Assembly: GCF_009914755.1 (NCBI RefSeq)
Contig: NC_060933.1
Strand: one strand, 5' to 3'
Length of the DNA: 64,000 nt
Origin: the human T2T-CHM13v2.0 reference genome, Homo sapiens
Shown: in pieces, positions 13,321 to 27,050 of the stretch
How the letters are laid out: each line of letters begins with the position of its first letter
Numbering within the stretch: the first letter of the stretch is position 1
Program-made: the position numbers and the translations under genes
The notes under the pieces: model-generated
The model's database searches: none
Told to the model about the DNA's origin: nothing
The model's input: only the letters and a program-made list of their open reading frames with translations

Positions 13321-15352
13321 ACAAAAATCAAATGGTAGAAGCATAAGGATATTTAAAAATATGAGTATAAACAAACCCTAGAAGAATAAGAAAACAAAAT
13401 AAGTTGAAAGATCATGGTAATGGCAAAAAAAAATGAATGTGAAAAGAAAGGTAAATGTACAAATTACAAATAACAAATATCCCATTTGTTATAGATATGA
13501 CATTAGTGCTAAAAATAATACAGTCAGTATTTTAGGGGTGCTAATAAATACATGAATTAGTGGATGGGAATGTTGTAGAGTAGTTGACGATAAATTTGAT
13601 AAAATGGGTTAGTATCGAATTTTGATGAGCTTCGTGTGATATGCTGGTATCTGAATTTTTTCCTTATAGAAAGATAAGGAGCCCAATAGGCAATGGAAAA
13701 AAAAGCTATTCATGTAATTAGAGTTCCTTGGGAGAAGATTTGCAGAGGCCTCAAAAATTATGTAATTTTAAATTATGAAATGTAAATAGAAACAGAAAGT
13801 GAAATTTATATCCAAAAGCAAATTAATAAAATTTTGCAGACAATTCAAAAGTTATTGCTTCATGTTCCATGTTTATTTTTTTAAGCAAACAAAGAAAAAA
13901 AATGCATCCCTAACACATTGGTCCTATCTATCAAGAGTAAGCCTGAGAATAAATTGCCATTTTTGTAAGAAACTTTGCTCATTTTAAAAATAAAACTAAA
14001 TGTTACTTAGATATTACAAGTATGACTTTCTTAAGATATTAATAGTTTTGGAATTGCTATAGCAACAGTGGGCTGCAAACATCCTCCCACAGAACAAGTA
14101 GGCATTCCACAAATGGCTAGGAAAGAAAAAAGTGACCAATTTTATATCAGTCATTTTACTTAGAGGATTATTAATTTAATTTATTCTTTCAACAAACCAA
14201 CATTTGGTTTCATTGATTTTCTCTATTATTTATACATTTGCTATTCCACTGATTTCTTCCTTACATTTATTATTCATTTTTTCTACTTAGTTTCAATTTA
14301 ATTTGCTCTTTTTAAAATAGTGTTCTAACAAGAAAGTTTAGATCATTAATATTATATCTTTCTTCTTTAGCTTTAGCTTCATCACACACATTTTGATATA
14401 TTATACTTTTATTATAATTCAGTAACTTATATTTTCTCACTTATCTTATGATTTCTTTTTGACCCATTAGTTACCTAGAAGTACGCTATTAAATTTCCAA
14501 ATATTTAGGCTTTTTCTAGTTTTTTAGTACTGTTAATTTCTAATTTAATTCAGCTATGGTCAGAGAACTATGAAGACTTCTTTTATGGCCCAGAGGTGGT
14601 TTCTTTTGGTGACTTTTTCATATGTCCTTTAAAATAATGAGAATCTTATACTGGTTGGATACAGTGTTCTCTACATAGAAATGGGGTTACAGTTTGATAG
14701 TGTTATTCAGATCTTCTCTATCTTTTCAAATTTTTATCTAGGCTTTGTATTGATTATAGATAGAGTTAAAAAAAAATTCCAGCTAAAGTTGTGGAGTTGT
14801 CTATGTCTTCCTTAAGTTCTATTAGCTTTTGCTTCATGTAATTTGAAGCACTCTTATTAGGTGTCTGTGTTTGTAACCGTCTTATGTTCCTGAAGTATTA
14901 ACCCTTTTACCACTACAAAATGTCATTCTTTGTCACTATCACTGCTCCTTTTTCTCAATTTCTATGTTTTCTGATATGAATAGAACCCTTTGGCTTTATT
15001 ATGTCCAGTACTTGTAAGGTACATCTTTGCCCATCCTTTTAGTTTCAAGTGATTTGGGTATATGTGTTTAAAGTGCCTCTTGTAGGTAGCATACAATTGC
15101 TTCTTGCTATATTTTATAAAGTTTTAAAATTTCTGCCTTATACTTGAAGTGTTTAGTTGATTTATATCTGATGTAGTTATTGATATGATTGTTTCAGATA
15201 TGATATTTTGTTATTGTATTATATTTATCAGTTTTCTCTGCAGCTTCTTTCCTGTCTTCTCTGTGTTAATCAACTTTTTAAAAAATCCATCATTTCAGTT
15301 CCTTTATTGGCTTTCTAGCTACATCTCTGTTGAGGGAATTACAATATGTATC

Positions 15353-15715
15353 TGCTGTGGTCTAAATGTTTGTGTCCCCTCAAAATTCACATGATGAAAT
15401 TCTAACCCCCAAAGAGATGGTATTAAGTGGTGGGGCAACTGGAAAATTATTCGATCATGAGAGCAGAGTCCTGATAAATGGTAATAGCACCCATGCAAAA
15501 GAGGCATGAGGCAGCTTGTTTGCTCCCATCATGTGACGATACTGCAAGAAGGCACAATCTATGAGAAAACAGGCTCTCTTTATATAAGACACCAAATATG
15601 CCTATACTTTGATCTTGGAGTTCCCAGTCTACAGAACTGTGAGAAGCAAATTTTTGTTGTTATAAGCCACCCAGTCTATGAAATTTTGTTACAGTGGCCT
15701 GAATGGACTAAGAAA
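15353..15715 (+). mobile_element. MLT1A0 solo LTR
   Basis: TGCTGTGGTCTAAATGTTTGTGTCCCC...GAATGGACTAAGAAA; 5-bp TSD GTATC (15348-52, 15716-20). Confidence 0.92.
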
Positions 15716-15912
15716 GTATCTTTAATATCACAATGTTATAGCTAATATTTAATAATATAAGGTGGTGTATAGGAAGCTTGCAACAGTAAATCAATTTTTG
15801 CTCCACTCATTATTTTTCCATTTTTATTGCATCATACACACAAACACACACTGACTATAATAACACCTGGGGGCTTTCTCCTCAAAGAAATTCTTACAGA
15901 ACTTTATGTACT

Positions 15913-16236
<324 letters not shown>

Positions 16237-17892
16237 GAATGTTATGTAGTTCAGGACGTTTGTTGATGATGAATTTTCTCAAATGTTGCTCAATTCAAGT
16301 TTTCCTTTTTTTTTTATTTTTGACAAATTATTTTGCCAGATACAAAACTCCTAAGATATATATTACATATGTGTATGTATATATATGTACATATGTTTTT
16401 CTATCACTTAAAATACATTATTTCAATGTCCCATGTCTTCTATCGTTTTCAATAAGAAATCAAACAATAGTTGTAATGTGTTGCCTTTTTTCCTTTACCT
16501 GTTTCCAAAATTTTCTCATCTTGCTTTCAGCAATTTGACTTTGATGGGTGTACGAGTGGTTATACTGATTGATGTTTGCTGGTATTATTTAATCTGTAGG
16601 TTAACATTTTCAGTCATATATGAGAGGTTTTCAGCTATTATTCAAATAATTTTTACCACTTTCTGTTTTCCCTGTCCTAAAGACACTGCAATTACATGCA
16701 TATTGAACTGTTTGATATCGTCACACAAGTCTCCAAGGCTCTGTTCATTTCCCATCAATCCTTTATCTCTCTGTGCTTTGAATTGAGTAATTGCTATTGA
16801 AATATTTTCATGTTCACTGATTCTTATAACTTGTATATCTAATTCACTTTTTGATCCTATCTAGTAAATTCTTCATTTCAGATATTACACATTTCTGCTC
16901 TAGGAACTCCATTTTTAATAGTTTTCATTTTTTCCATTGGAATTTTCTAACATTGTATTCATTAAGATGATTTTTTAAATTCTCTCAACATAGTCTTATT
17001 TAAAATTAAATATAATATCTTTAAAATTCTCTCAACATAGTCCAAATTTTTTGGATGTGTTGAAAGTAGCTGCTTTGAAACTTTCTTCTGTTAAATACAA
17101 TATTTGTTACCAGTCTGAGTTTATTCCTATTCACTGCTATTTAATTCTCCTGAGTTTGGATCACAATTTTCTGGTTCTTTCTGTATTCAGTGATATTTAG
17201 ATAATGCTTTGTAGCAACTCTGGAATCTTTTGCCTTTTTTGAGCTTTTTTTTTTTTTTCTTAGTAAGCAATTAACTTGCCTAGACTCAAATGGTATCTCT
17301 TCCGTTGTATATTGTAGTTCTGTAGCTGACATATCTGCTTCGATTTCTGTTCACTTTTCAACTTAGTTCTCTGGCGGTTTCTCCAGGGTCTGCAATATTT
17401 AGCACTCGGTCCAGTATTTGGGCAAATTTTATACTAGATTTGGGGGCTCACCTTCTCTGTGGATTTTTTTCTGGGAAATCTTTCTTACATTTTTAGCTTC
17501 TCAGCCAGCCTTGGCCTATGTGCTTTGACATCTCAAATTAGCATGGCTTCAGCTAACTACCACTTGACCTACACATAGACTGAGAAATGCACTTAATGAA
17601 GTAGAAAACAAAAAAACTGTCATTTGGTCCAGCAATCTCTTTCAGAGTTAAGTTCCCCTCTCGTCCCTGCCTTTTTATTCCCAGTACCTTTGATTATCAC
17701 CTAGATTGTAAAGGTGAGCAGTCAGATAGAGATTTCTGTGGAAATTATACCCTGACCAACAGGGTCTCGCCTCTTGGTTCTCTTGTTTCCAAGATTCCCC
17801 AATTTCCTAGCTTATCTTTCAATATCGATCTCTGTTCTTTACTTCCCTGAGCCAAGACAGTAAGGCGGAAGTGTTCTTCCGTTGTAACAATG

Positions 17893-18416
17893 TTCTATAG
17901 AGTAAATGTTTGTGTCCTCCCAAAATTCATATGCTGTGGCCAGTTGTAGTGACTCATGCCTGTAATCCCAGCACTTTGGGAGGCCAAGGCAGGTGGATAC
18001 TTGAGCCAAGGAGTTTGAGACCAGCCTGGGCAACCTAGCAAAACCCCATTTCTATAGGAAAAAAAAAAAAAGAAAAATCCAATATTCATATGTTGAAACG
18101 TAATCCCCAATGTGATGGTATTCCCAGGCGAGGCCTTTGGAGGTGATTAGGTTACAAAGGCAGAGACCTCATGAACAGAATTATTGCCATTACAAAAGAA
18201 GCTCGAGAGAGCGCCTTTGCCTCCTTTAACTATATGAGGTTACAGTGAAAAGACAACCACCTACCAACCAGGAAGCATTCCCTTACCAGACACCTAATCT
18301 GTAGGCTCATTGATCTTGAACTTCTCAGCCTCTAGAATTGTGAGAAATACATTTCCATTGTTTATAAGCCACTCAGCTACAATAGTTCGTTACAGCAGCC
18401 CAAATGGAGTAAGGCA
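17893..18416 (+). mobile_element. MLT1A solo LTR interrupted by FLAM_C
   Basis: AAATGTTTGTGTCCTCCCAAAATTCATATG ... CAGCCCAAATGGAGTAAGGCA. Confidence 0.88.
17938..18077 (+). mobile_element. FLAM_C / Alu left monomer
   Basis: Monomer plus poly(A); TSD AA(A/T)ATTCATATG(C/T)TG. Confidence 0.9.
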
Positions 18417-18724
18417 CCAATGGGAGTAAAGAAGTGCTCTTAGGCAAGAAAGTCACACACAATCTTTACTTCTTTGAATTTTAGGTTTTTAAAGGTATGT
18501 TCTCTTCCAGTTTCTGAATGATTTTTAATTCTTTCCCATACCTTTAAGGAGTTGTATTTAATATTTTCTCCATACTCTCATTTCTCTTCAGATTGCATAA
18601 ATATTTCACCTTGAAATATTTTGACCATATTTTGTAATTGTTATATATGGAAGAGTTTGCATAATCAAATCTCTTCACCACCATTACCAACAGTTGTCCA
18701 AGCTGGAGTGTCTTAATACAAGAC

Positions 18725-18895
18725 ACCAAGAGAGTCCATGTGTTGGCTTACAGAGGGGTAGACTAGTGAATACTGTAATTGATAAAAAAAATTGTGCATG
18801 GATATGAATATATGCATTATTGTGAGGAGAGCGATCATTACTTTTCTCAGATTCTCAATGAAGTATGTGACACACAGAAAGATTAAGAACCACTT
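18725..18895. mobile_element. hAT-Charlie MITE (MER103-like)
   Basis: CAGATTCTCAATGAAGTATGTGACACACAGAAAGATTAAGAACCACT terminus. Confidence 0.6.
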
Positions 18896-19699
18896 CTTTA
18901 CCAAGAATTAGACTCTAACTATGCTTTTACGTTTTATTATAATCGTGTAACTAAAGTAACTTTCATCTTAGTTATTCCTCTGTAGATAATTCAAGTTGAT
19001 TTAAAACTATTTTTAAATGACCAATTTTACTAAAAGTTTAAATCAAAGAAAAAAGTACGTAACTGCTCCCAAGGTAGCAATCTCTCCTTATTGCTGATGA
19101 CCTGAGTGCCAGAACACATACGCTTTTATTCTTCTGTTCCAAGTATGGGTATGAAAAAAGCCACAGAAGTTTGGATTCTGCATCCCAGTCTCCTACTCTG
19201 TTCCAGGAAATGGACAAGGTTCTCTATAAAAAGTTGTGTGAACCTCCTTTACGTGCATCATGACATAGTGGTAATGAAATTTAAACAGTGCTAGCTGACT
19301 CCTGGCCTTGAATGCATCCGGCTTAATTTAATTCACCAGAGTGGAATGGAGTAGACTCAAAGTTTCCCTCAAAGATTGTACACAAACATTCATTTTAATC
19401 TCCTTAAATAAGACTGTTCCATTCCATTTTAAGATGATAGAATAAGCCCGGTTTAGAACTAGCTAGACAGACAACTCAAATTGAATCCATATTATTTATG
19501 TAACTGGACTTTAAAGGGTTTACTTCATTAAAAACAGGCAAATGAGTGTGTTGGTTCTTTATTTTCAACTGTCAGGAACTGTAACATAAATTGTGAATTA
19601 GAGCTGTATTTTCTGTTATATTGTAGAATTTCTGATTATTTTTGTTAGTTTTTATTTTATAATTGTGAACACGTACTTTCCAATACTACTCTTCAACCT

Positions 19700-20070
19700 A
19701 GTGCAGTATTTGCGAAATAGAAAAAAAGAACAGATGACCACACTGTGATAATTATATAGTATGTGCTGTATTAGCAAAGACAAGGAATTATGGCATCACA
19801 TTAAAGAGATAGATAAGAATATTAGGGATACTATCTAGTGAAGAGATGACTCGCTGAGATTATTCTTACATAACTAGAAATGGATGGTAAAGCATTTATT
19901 CTGGCATTATTAGGAATAGGTGATAGGTCTTGTTAGAATCAATTTGAACAAGAAAACATGTCAGTTTGAGTGAAATGAGAGGCATTAAATGTGATTAAAT
20001 CCTGAGATACACGTGGTGGGAAATGAGGTTGAAGGATTTGTCTATGAGAAGATTATGAAAAGTCTTGCAA
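19700..20070 (-). mobile_element. Degraded L2 fragment
   Basis: Purine-rich reverse L2 pattern (GGGAAATGAGGTTGAAGG...GATTATGAAAAGTCTTG). Confidence 0.5.
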
Positions 20071-20911
20071 ACTAATGGGGATCCATGATCATTAAGAATT
20101 TTAGATACAGAAACAATAAATAGTAAAAGAAAAATTAGAGTCTCATCTTTCGTACAATTTCATGATTGTCTTCTTTATTGAACAGAAGAGGATCATGCAA
20201 TCTATAGCTGAAAATGCCACCGTTAACAAATTTGTGAGCAATGTGAAAGAGAAAACTTGAGCAATCAAATAGTTATTTCATATTTCACGTGCAACTCTTG
20301 GGTATGTTTTTTCACATTAACCAAGTGGCTCAAATATATATATAATATCCTTACTTACATCACCTCAGTTCCTTTAACTCTTATCCTCAAGTGGACTTTA
20401 TTTCATGGAAGAGTACTGTTATAATAAAAGCCAGAAGAGACTCTAGATGTTGCCTGGAGAAGAAGAGAAGATTAAAGAAACCATGTAAAGTCTTCACTAA
20501 GATGAAATTAGTGTCAGGATAATGTGTCCTACTTCAACCAAGCTAAAACCCTAACTTCAGCCTTCTCAGTTCTTTGCCTTTCAGGAATATCAGGGAACTG
20601 CTACTGAAATAACAAACTACACCAGTCACAGAAAAGAGTGATGTCAGTTTTCTGGAGAAGTGAAGATGTCTGGATATAAGATTGGATAGACATTTATTAG
20701 AAAGAATCCCTCCAAGAAGGCTGAAGCTAAAAATATAAAACTTATGCTAACACTAAGAAGTCTAAGAAAGTGGTATGCATGATGTTCTGGTGAAAGTATA
20801 TAAGAAGGACATTCCTATTTTTAAGAAGTGAAATCTACACTTGAATTACTGTGTAATTGATTTACTGTGTAATTTACTATGTAAAAAGAAAGTGTTGCTT
20901 TTTAGTAATTT

Positions 20912-20914
<3 letters not shown>

Positions 20915-20954
<40 letters not shown>
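20915..20954. repeat. (AC)20 microsatellite
   Basis: Direct reading. Confidence 0.97.
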
Positions 20955-20955
<1 letters not shown>

Positions 20956-21000
20956 AGGCTTCTCAGGCTGACAGTGACTATATTTCTTTTCTTCTCTCAG

Positions 21001-21310
21001 TAATTATATTACATAATTACTGAATTATATTAATATATGTATATAATTCTATTCTATAATTATATATGTATATAATTCTAATTCTAATTATATACACATA
21101 TATAAGGTATAATTATATGTAATTATACTTTTTAATAATTCTATAATTGTATATGCAAATAATTTTAATTATATACACATATATAAAGTGTAATCATATG
21201 TAATTATACTTTTTAGTAATTATGTGTATACACATATGTGTGTATAAATGTATAATTATATATCTATATATTATTATATATTAATATCTATATATTATAT
21301 AGATATATAC
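21001..21310. repeat. AT-rich low-complexity tract with internal ~28-bp and ~80-bp periodic duplications
   Basis: TATATGTATATAATTCTAATTCTA occurs twice; TAATTATATACACATATATAA...TATGTAATTATACTTTTTA occurs twice. Confidence 0.85.
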
Positions 21311-22269
21311 ACTGTATTTTTGTCCTTTTTCTATAATCAACAAAAGACAGAGTAACAGACCAATATAGGAAATAGGGCACATTTTAATTGGAAGGCACAA
21401 ACATATGACAAATGGACTCTTCTTCTGTGAATTCTAGAGAACACTTAGAGTCAGTACTGTTGAACTCCCCCAGTTTGCCTTATTAGGAGTGAAGTTGGCA
21501 CTTCATTTTATAATCATTGCCTTATGCTCCTTTCCACAAGTATCACAATTGCACAGACTCATGACGCTTGCAATGGTTTAATTTTGGGGAAAAAACAGTG
21601 CCATTCGTCATCTTTTAGTTTCACACGGTTCCATTGGTTCCAGTCACTGAGAAAAGTAAACGAGAAATATAGTCGCTGTCAGCCTAAGAAGCCTCGTATA
21701 TAATGCCATAAACAGACAAATGGATTTGGGCAGAATGTAACCAGTTGGTAAAAAGAACAAAATAGACTCTACCTTAACATTAATTTATAAGTGTTCCTTT
21801 TCCCTTTCTTTAATGTATTATTTTTGCATGCTGTATGTTTGTCTGTGTATAGGTGTGCCAACTCTTAGCAAAAAATCTGCTTCAGGGATATTACTGAAGT
21901 AAAGTATGTTTAACTGTTTAACAGACAATTGCCATAAATATTTTTTGTAATGTATTTCTCACCAGGATGATTACAATATTAGATGGCTACTACTTATAAT
22001 CAATGTAATGTCCATACCTTCTACCAAAAAGCCAATTGTGATAACATACTGAGGACAACTTTCCAGTTTTGGTCAGAGGTACAGAATTACACAATCACTA
22101 GCAATCAACAAGAAGAAAAGGTTATCCCCTTTTTGAATTATATAGGAGATAACACATGAATAAATTGTTACAATGTGAAAATTATTTAATCCTAAAGTCA
22201 ATACATTGGGTCTTCCTTCCAAAAACATTTTCTACTGAAAACAAACAACGGTCATATAAATGTACATAA

Positions 22270-23070
22270 CAAGCTTGGCAGCCATTTGCCTCTTTAAAAT
22301 CAAGAATCTTTAAATATTTTTACCCTTTGACCAAATAATTCCAGTAAGTGAATGTTTCTGTAGAAACAGCTTTATGTGGGGAAAAACATATATTCCCAGA
22401 GGTGTTCATTAGAGTGCTATTTATAATAGAAAGAAATCTGGAATAACCAAGAAGCCCTAAAAAAGTTGCAATTATGTACATTTTGCTACAAACTATTATA
22501 TTAAAATTGCAATTATTTTATAATAATATTTTAAGTGGAATACATATTAGCTCATAAATTTAAATTAAAAGTTAAATTTAAATAGTTAAAAAACTCACCC
22601 ACATATGTACCAGGATACCAACACAAGAATGCTTAAAAGAGTCCCAAACCGAAAAGATCTCAAATGTCCATAAATGGTAGAATGAATAAATAGTGGAATA
22701 TATAGACAAGGGAACCTTATTAAAAAACATAAGTTAACTATGTACAAATGAACAAAATAGATGAAGCCTATTAATATTACATTGGGCAAAAGAAGTCACA
22801 AAATACATATAGTAAGATTCAAGGATATAAAGTTAAACAATAAACAATGTTACTTAGAGAAGCATGTATAAACAGTAAAAGTTCAGATTAATAAATAAAA
22901 GGAAAGACATGATTATTACAAAGTCAAGATAGTGATTACCTCCAAGGAAGAACAAGGGGGATATGATTAAGAAAGTACAGATCACATACAGGCTTCTAGA
23001 ATGCTCACAGTGTCCTATTTCTTGACCTTCATGGTGGTTGTAGAGATAATTCTGTTTAAGTTAATCATTA
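22270..23070 (+). mobile_element. L1ME-type 3' end remnants
   Basis: TACCCTTTGACCAAATAATTCCA, CAAATGTCCATAAATGGTAGAATGAATAAATAGTGG, CCTATTTCTTGACCTTCATGGTGGTT. Confidence 0.7.
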
Positions 23071-23165
23071 CATGAACTGGGACTTGAAGAATAGATAGAA
23101 CTAACACATGTAATGATGAGATGGAAGGAATTTCCAGAGTTCGAAACAGTGTGACTAAAGGGAAA

Positions 23166-23541
23166 TGTATTAGTCCATTCTCATGCTGCTATAAAGAATC
23201 AACTGAGACTGAGTAATTTATAAAGAAAAGAGGATTAATTGACTCACAGTTCTGCAGGGCTGGGGAGGCCTCAGGAAACTTACAATCATGGCAGAAGGGG
23301 AAACAAACACATCCTTCTTCACATGGCGGAAGGAAGGAGAATTATAAGCCCAGAGAAGGGGGAAGCCCTTTATAAAACCATCAGATCTCATGAGAACTTA
23401 CTCATTATCACGAGAATAGCATGGAGTAAACCGCCCCCATGATTCCATTACCTCCCACTGGGTCCCTCCCACCACATGTGGGGATTATGGGAACTATTAT
23501 TCAAGATAAGATTTGGGTGGGGACACAGCAAAACCATATCA
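23166..23541 (-). mobile_element. THE1 (THE1C/D) solo LTR
   Basis: TGTATTAGTCCATTCTCATGCTGC ... GATTTGGGTGGGGACACAGCAAAACCATATCA; TSD GGAAA (23161-65, 23542-46). Confidence 0.95.
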
Positions 23542-24341
23542 GGAAATATGTAGGGAAACACAATAGACAAGTTTGGCTGTGTCAGTGAGTATACAAAGAA
23601 AAATAAAGGGAAATTAAACTGAAATAGGACGGCATAAAAAGTCCCTGCACATGAAGCAAATCGGTTACGACAGTAGGAGTTATGTAGTGATATTATAAAT
23701 GATTCATTGACCTGGACTATTCCTTTGCTTCTGATTTTTCTATATTTCCCTGAAACCTCAGTATCACTCTAATACCCTGAACCATTGAGACACAGAACAG
23801 GCAAGGTTGTAACAGCCTTGTCAATCCCTTCCTTCCAAGACTGACAGGAGTTTAACATACCCACTTTCCAACACCATGTAGTTTTAAATCCACCAACACT
23901 TATTTGTCCTGGTCTCTAAGACTGAAATACTGTTTTGGTTCTTATATGCCGTTATTTTTTGTTTAGTTCCTATTCTAGAGGAAGCGCTAATGTGGTTGAG
24001 CCTTTCAAGTCACAACTACATAAATTCAGATTCCCTCCCTCCATGCTTCATCTGCCTCATGGGAACATCATTACCGCACTTGGAATTCAGTGCAGAATAC
24101 AGTTTGCCTTTGGATGATATATGTGCTTATCTCTCTGATAGCTCCTGCTATCTAGGCCTGCTCTCCTGTTAATGTGTGCCTAGTGTCTCCTCCTCCATAA
24201 GCATGCCTGTTAGAAGCGTAGAAAAGTTCCCCGATTTATTGAGTCTCCTTTTCCAACTTTCAGAATAAAAATGATATGTGTTCAACAAATAACGGGAATG
24301 AAAATCAACCGCTACATATGTAAAAAAATTGAAACCATCAC

Positions 24342-24560
24342 ACAAGAAGGGGAACATCACACACTGGGGCCTGTCGTGGGGAGGGGGGAGGGGGGAAGGG
24401 GGAGAGATAGCATTAGGAGATATACCTAATGTAAATGACGAGTTAATGGGTGCAGCACACCAACATGGCACATGTATACATATGTAACAAACCTGCATGT
24501 TGTACACAGGTACCCTAGAACTTAAAGTATAATAAAAAAAAGAAAAAAAAGAATAAAATA
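24342..24560 (+). mobile_element. Severely 5'-truncated L1PA4/5 (3' UTR only)
   Basis: CTAATGTAAATGACGAGTTAATGGG, poly(A), perfect 20-bp TSD AAAAAAATTGAAACCATCAC (24322-41, 24561-80). Confidence 0.93.
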
Positions 24561-26929
24561 AAAAAAATTGAAACCATCACGTCAGCTTGCTATTTTACAT
24601 TAAATATGTTTACATCATTATTTCTAGAAGTAATGGAAAAACAATAAATATAAATTGTAATTATCAAAAGTAATATTTTAAAACCCAGAAGTCTATTTTT
24701 CAGGAGAAATGAAATCACACTTGCCTAAATATTTAATACAAATTGTGTTTGAAATGTACTCTTGCAGTATAATTCCTTGATAAGAAATAAGAAAAATTCA
24801 AGCGATTTCTAATGACCCTATACTGTTCTTATATTCACAAGTAGAGATAACTCATGGACATCATTTTCCTTTCCCTTAAGAATAAAGAGCACTTTGTTTT
24901 TGCATATTTTTAAAATAATATTTTCCCAGTAAAACAATCATAAAAGAGGGTGGTGCAAAGCAATTAAAATAGCTTTGGTTATAAATTCTTCCTTTAGAGA
25001 CTATGATTTGTAGTGATACATCTGGTTTCACAAATAGTGCTTATAATAACATTGCACTACTGATTTTTTTCTATGTAAATATTTGTTCCAATCCAATTTA
25101 TCCTGAGTTACTCCCACTGAAGCAGCTCTCATAGTATGCCTGAGAAACCAGTTTTTTTAATGTCTTCTGTTCTCTAGTTTCTTGACTGTTGCATGAGCCA
25201 GGGTGCAAACCAAGGGATTTGTCAGCTCTCAATTATTGTCCATCCTGTGCTGCATGTTATTAAGCACAATGTTTTTCCTTAGGCCATTTTCTGGTAAAAT
25301 TGTAAATCAATTCCAATTTTTGAATGGGCATATAAAAGAATATCTACCTTTATTTACTTATGTGTTACTATTAGGCAAATCCCTTTGACAGCAAATAACT
25401 GGCAGTTACTCAGGCTAGATCAAGCAGGAAAAAAAAAAAGAAAGAAATTCAGGAGTCCTCTGAGAAAGACAGAAAAACCATCAGGAACCTTAGTGGAATT
25501 CTCTCAACTTTCTTACTTTCTGTAAACCTCTTTGTGAAGATTGCCTTTCTCTGCTTTCAAGTCCACATAGGAGAATATGGTTTCCCATGCTTCTGAGTTA
25601 TTAAGTTCCAAACACACATGAAATACAATTTACTGTTTCCCAGTCTCTGTTCTCATTTTTTTTTTTTTTTTTTTTGAGAAAGGGGTTGCTCCAATCCCAT
25701 CCTGGTGTTCAAGTCTTGCCTTTACCAGGGGTCAGACCAAACATGGTAGCTGAAGGGGGTGACAGATGTTTCTATGATATATCTGGAGCCCTTAAGTGTG
25801 TCCACCGCAATCTATCTCATCCAAAACTAGCATTCTTGCTTCTTGAAATATATCTCTTCACTCTTATTACTATATACCTCTTCAATTTGATTTGAGGCCT
25901 AGAGCCTGAGAAGTCTACACCGATATATTTTGTAATAATTAGTACCTTTAAAAGAAAACACAAAAGACTTCCTGATCTACTTTGATTCAGTTCCCTCAGG
26001 TAACTTTGACACGTACAATGTGTAGCTATTCAAGACTGCTGCTTCAATTTTCCTACACAGACTCACTAAGCAGGTAGACAATTTGAAGTAAATACAGGAA
26101 TATATGTTATGAGGAAGAAGCTGTGTGGGTATTAGGATAAAACAATGTGCAATTCATTCCTCTTATTAAAGAGCCATTTCCCCTTCAGGCAAATTATTTC
26201 ACTAACATATGATAATGAAGGACTTCAGTCAGGCCTTTTTGACAAATTGGACATGTTGTTGGACAGGTGCCACTGTCTTGGAAATAACACAAAGCTTTTC
26301 TAGCAGAACTTTCTCACAAAGCAACCTGGGGAGAGAACACACAATTCCATCACTCCCAGATTATCTGATGTGAAACTTCGGAGGCATTCCTTATGGGATG
26401 AAAGAGACAAGAAGGCATTTGGGTAGTAAAGGAAAACTAAGACTTTCAGAGAAGAACAAAAAAGATGAATGTAATTAATGATAAAAGATATTAACAAGAC
26501 TTACACTACAGAAAACAGAAATATTATCCTCTTAACCTCTTTTATTCTGTTGGTTGTATAAAAATCTATAGCTCAGAAGCAGTAAGTTTGGAAAGATGAA
26601 GTGACATACTCAATATAGCAAAGTACTACTACTGAAAAAGCTCAATTTTATATATATTACTTTAAAAGTTGGCACTTATTTAACAAACAAAACATATTTG
26701 ATGGGATTAAAATTATTATGTCACACGGGCAACAGAATGAATTTTAGAAAATCATCTTCTTTGCTACAAAGAATTACAAAATTACAATGAAACATCTGTC
26801 AGCAAAGTATTCATTTATAACATCGTTTGGAAGATGGGTAATTGATGGCAGTATGACAAACTGGAAGCCAAGTATCTGTGGAATTTTACCAATGAGGAGA
26901 AAAATATTATAGAACCACAATACTTTTTA

Positions 26930-27050
26930 AAAGAGAGAGAAGGGAAAAGAGAGGGAGAAGGAGCTGAGGAAAGCAAGAAAAGAAGGAAAAGAGGGAAGTG
27001 GGGAGAAAGGAATGGAGGGAGAGATGGAAGTAAGAAACAAAAAAGAAGTA
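26930..27050. repeat. GA-rich low-complexity (polypurine) tract
   Basis: Almost purely A/G for about 120 bp. Confidence 0.8.

Noticed and set aside
25380-25800. Possible old MLT1/ERVL LTR
   Set aside because: Only vague resemblance; family and boundaries could not be assigned by eye.
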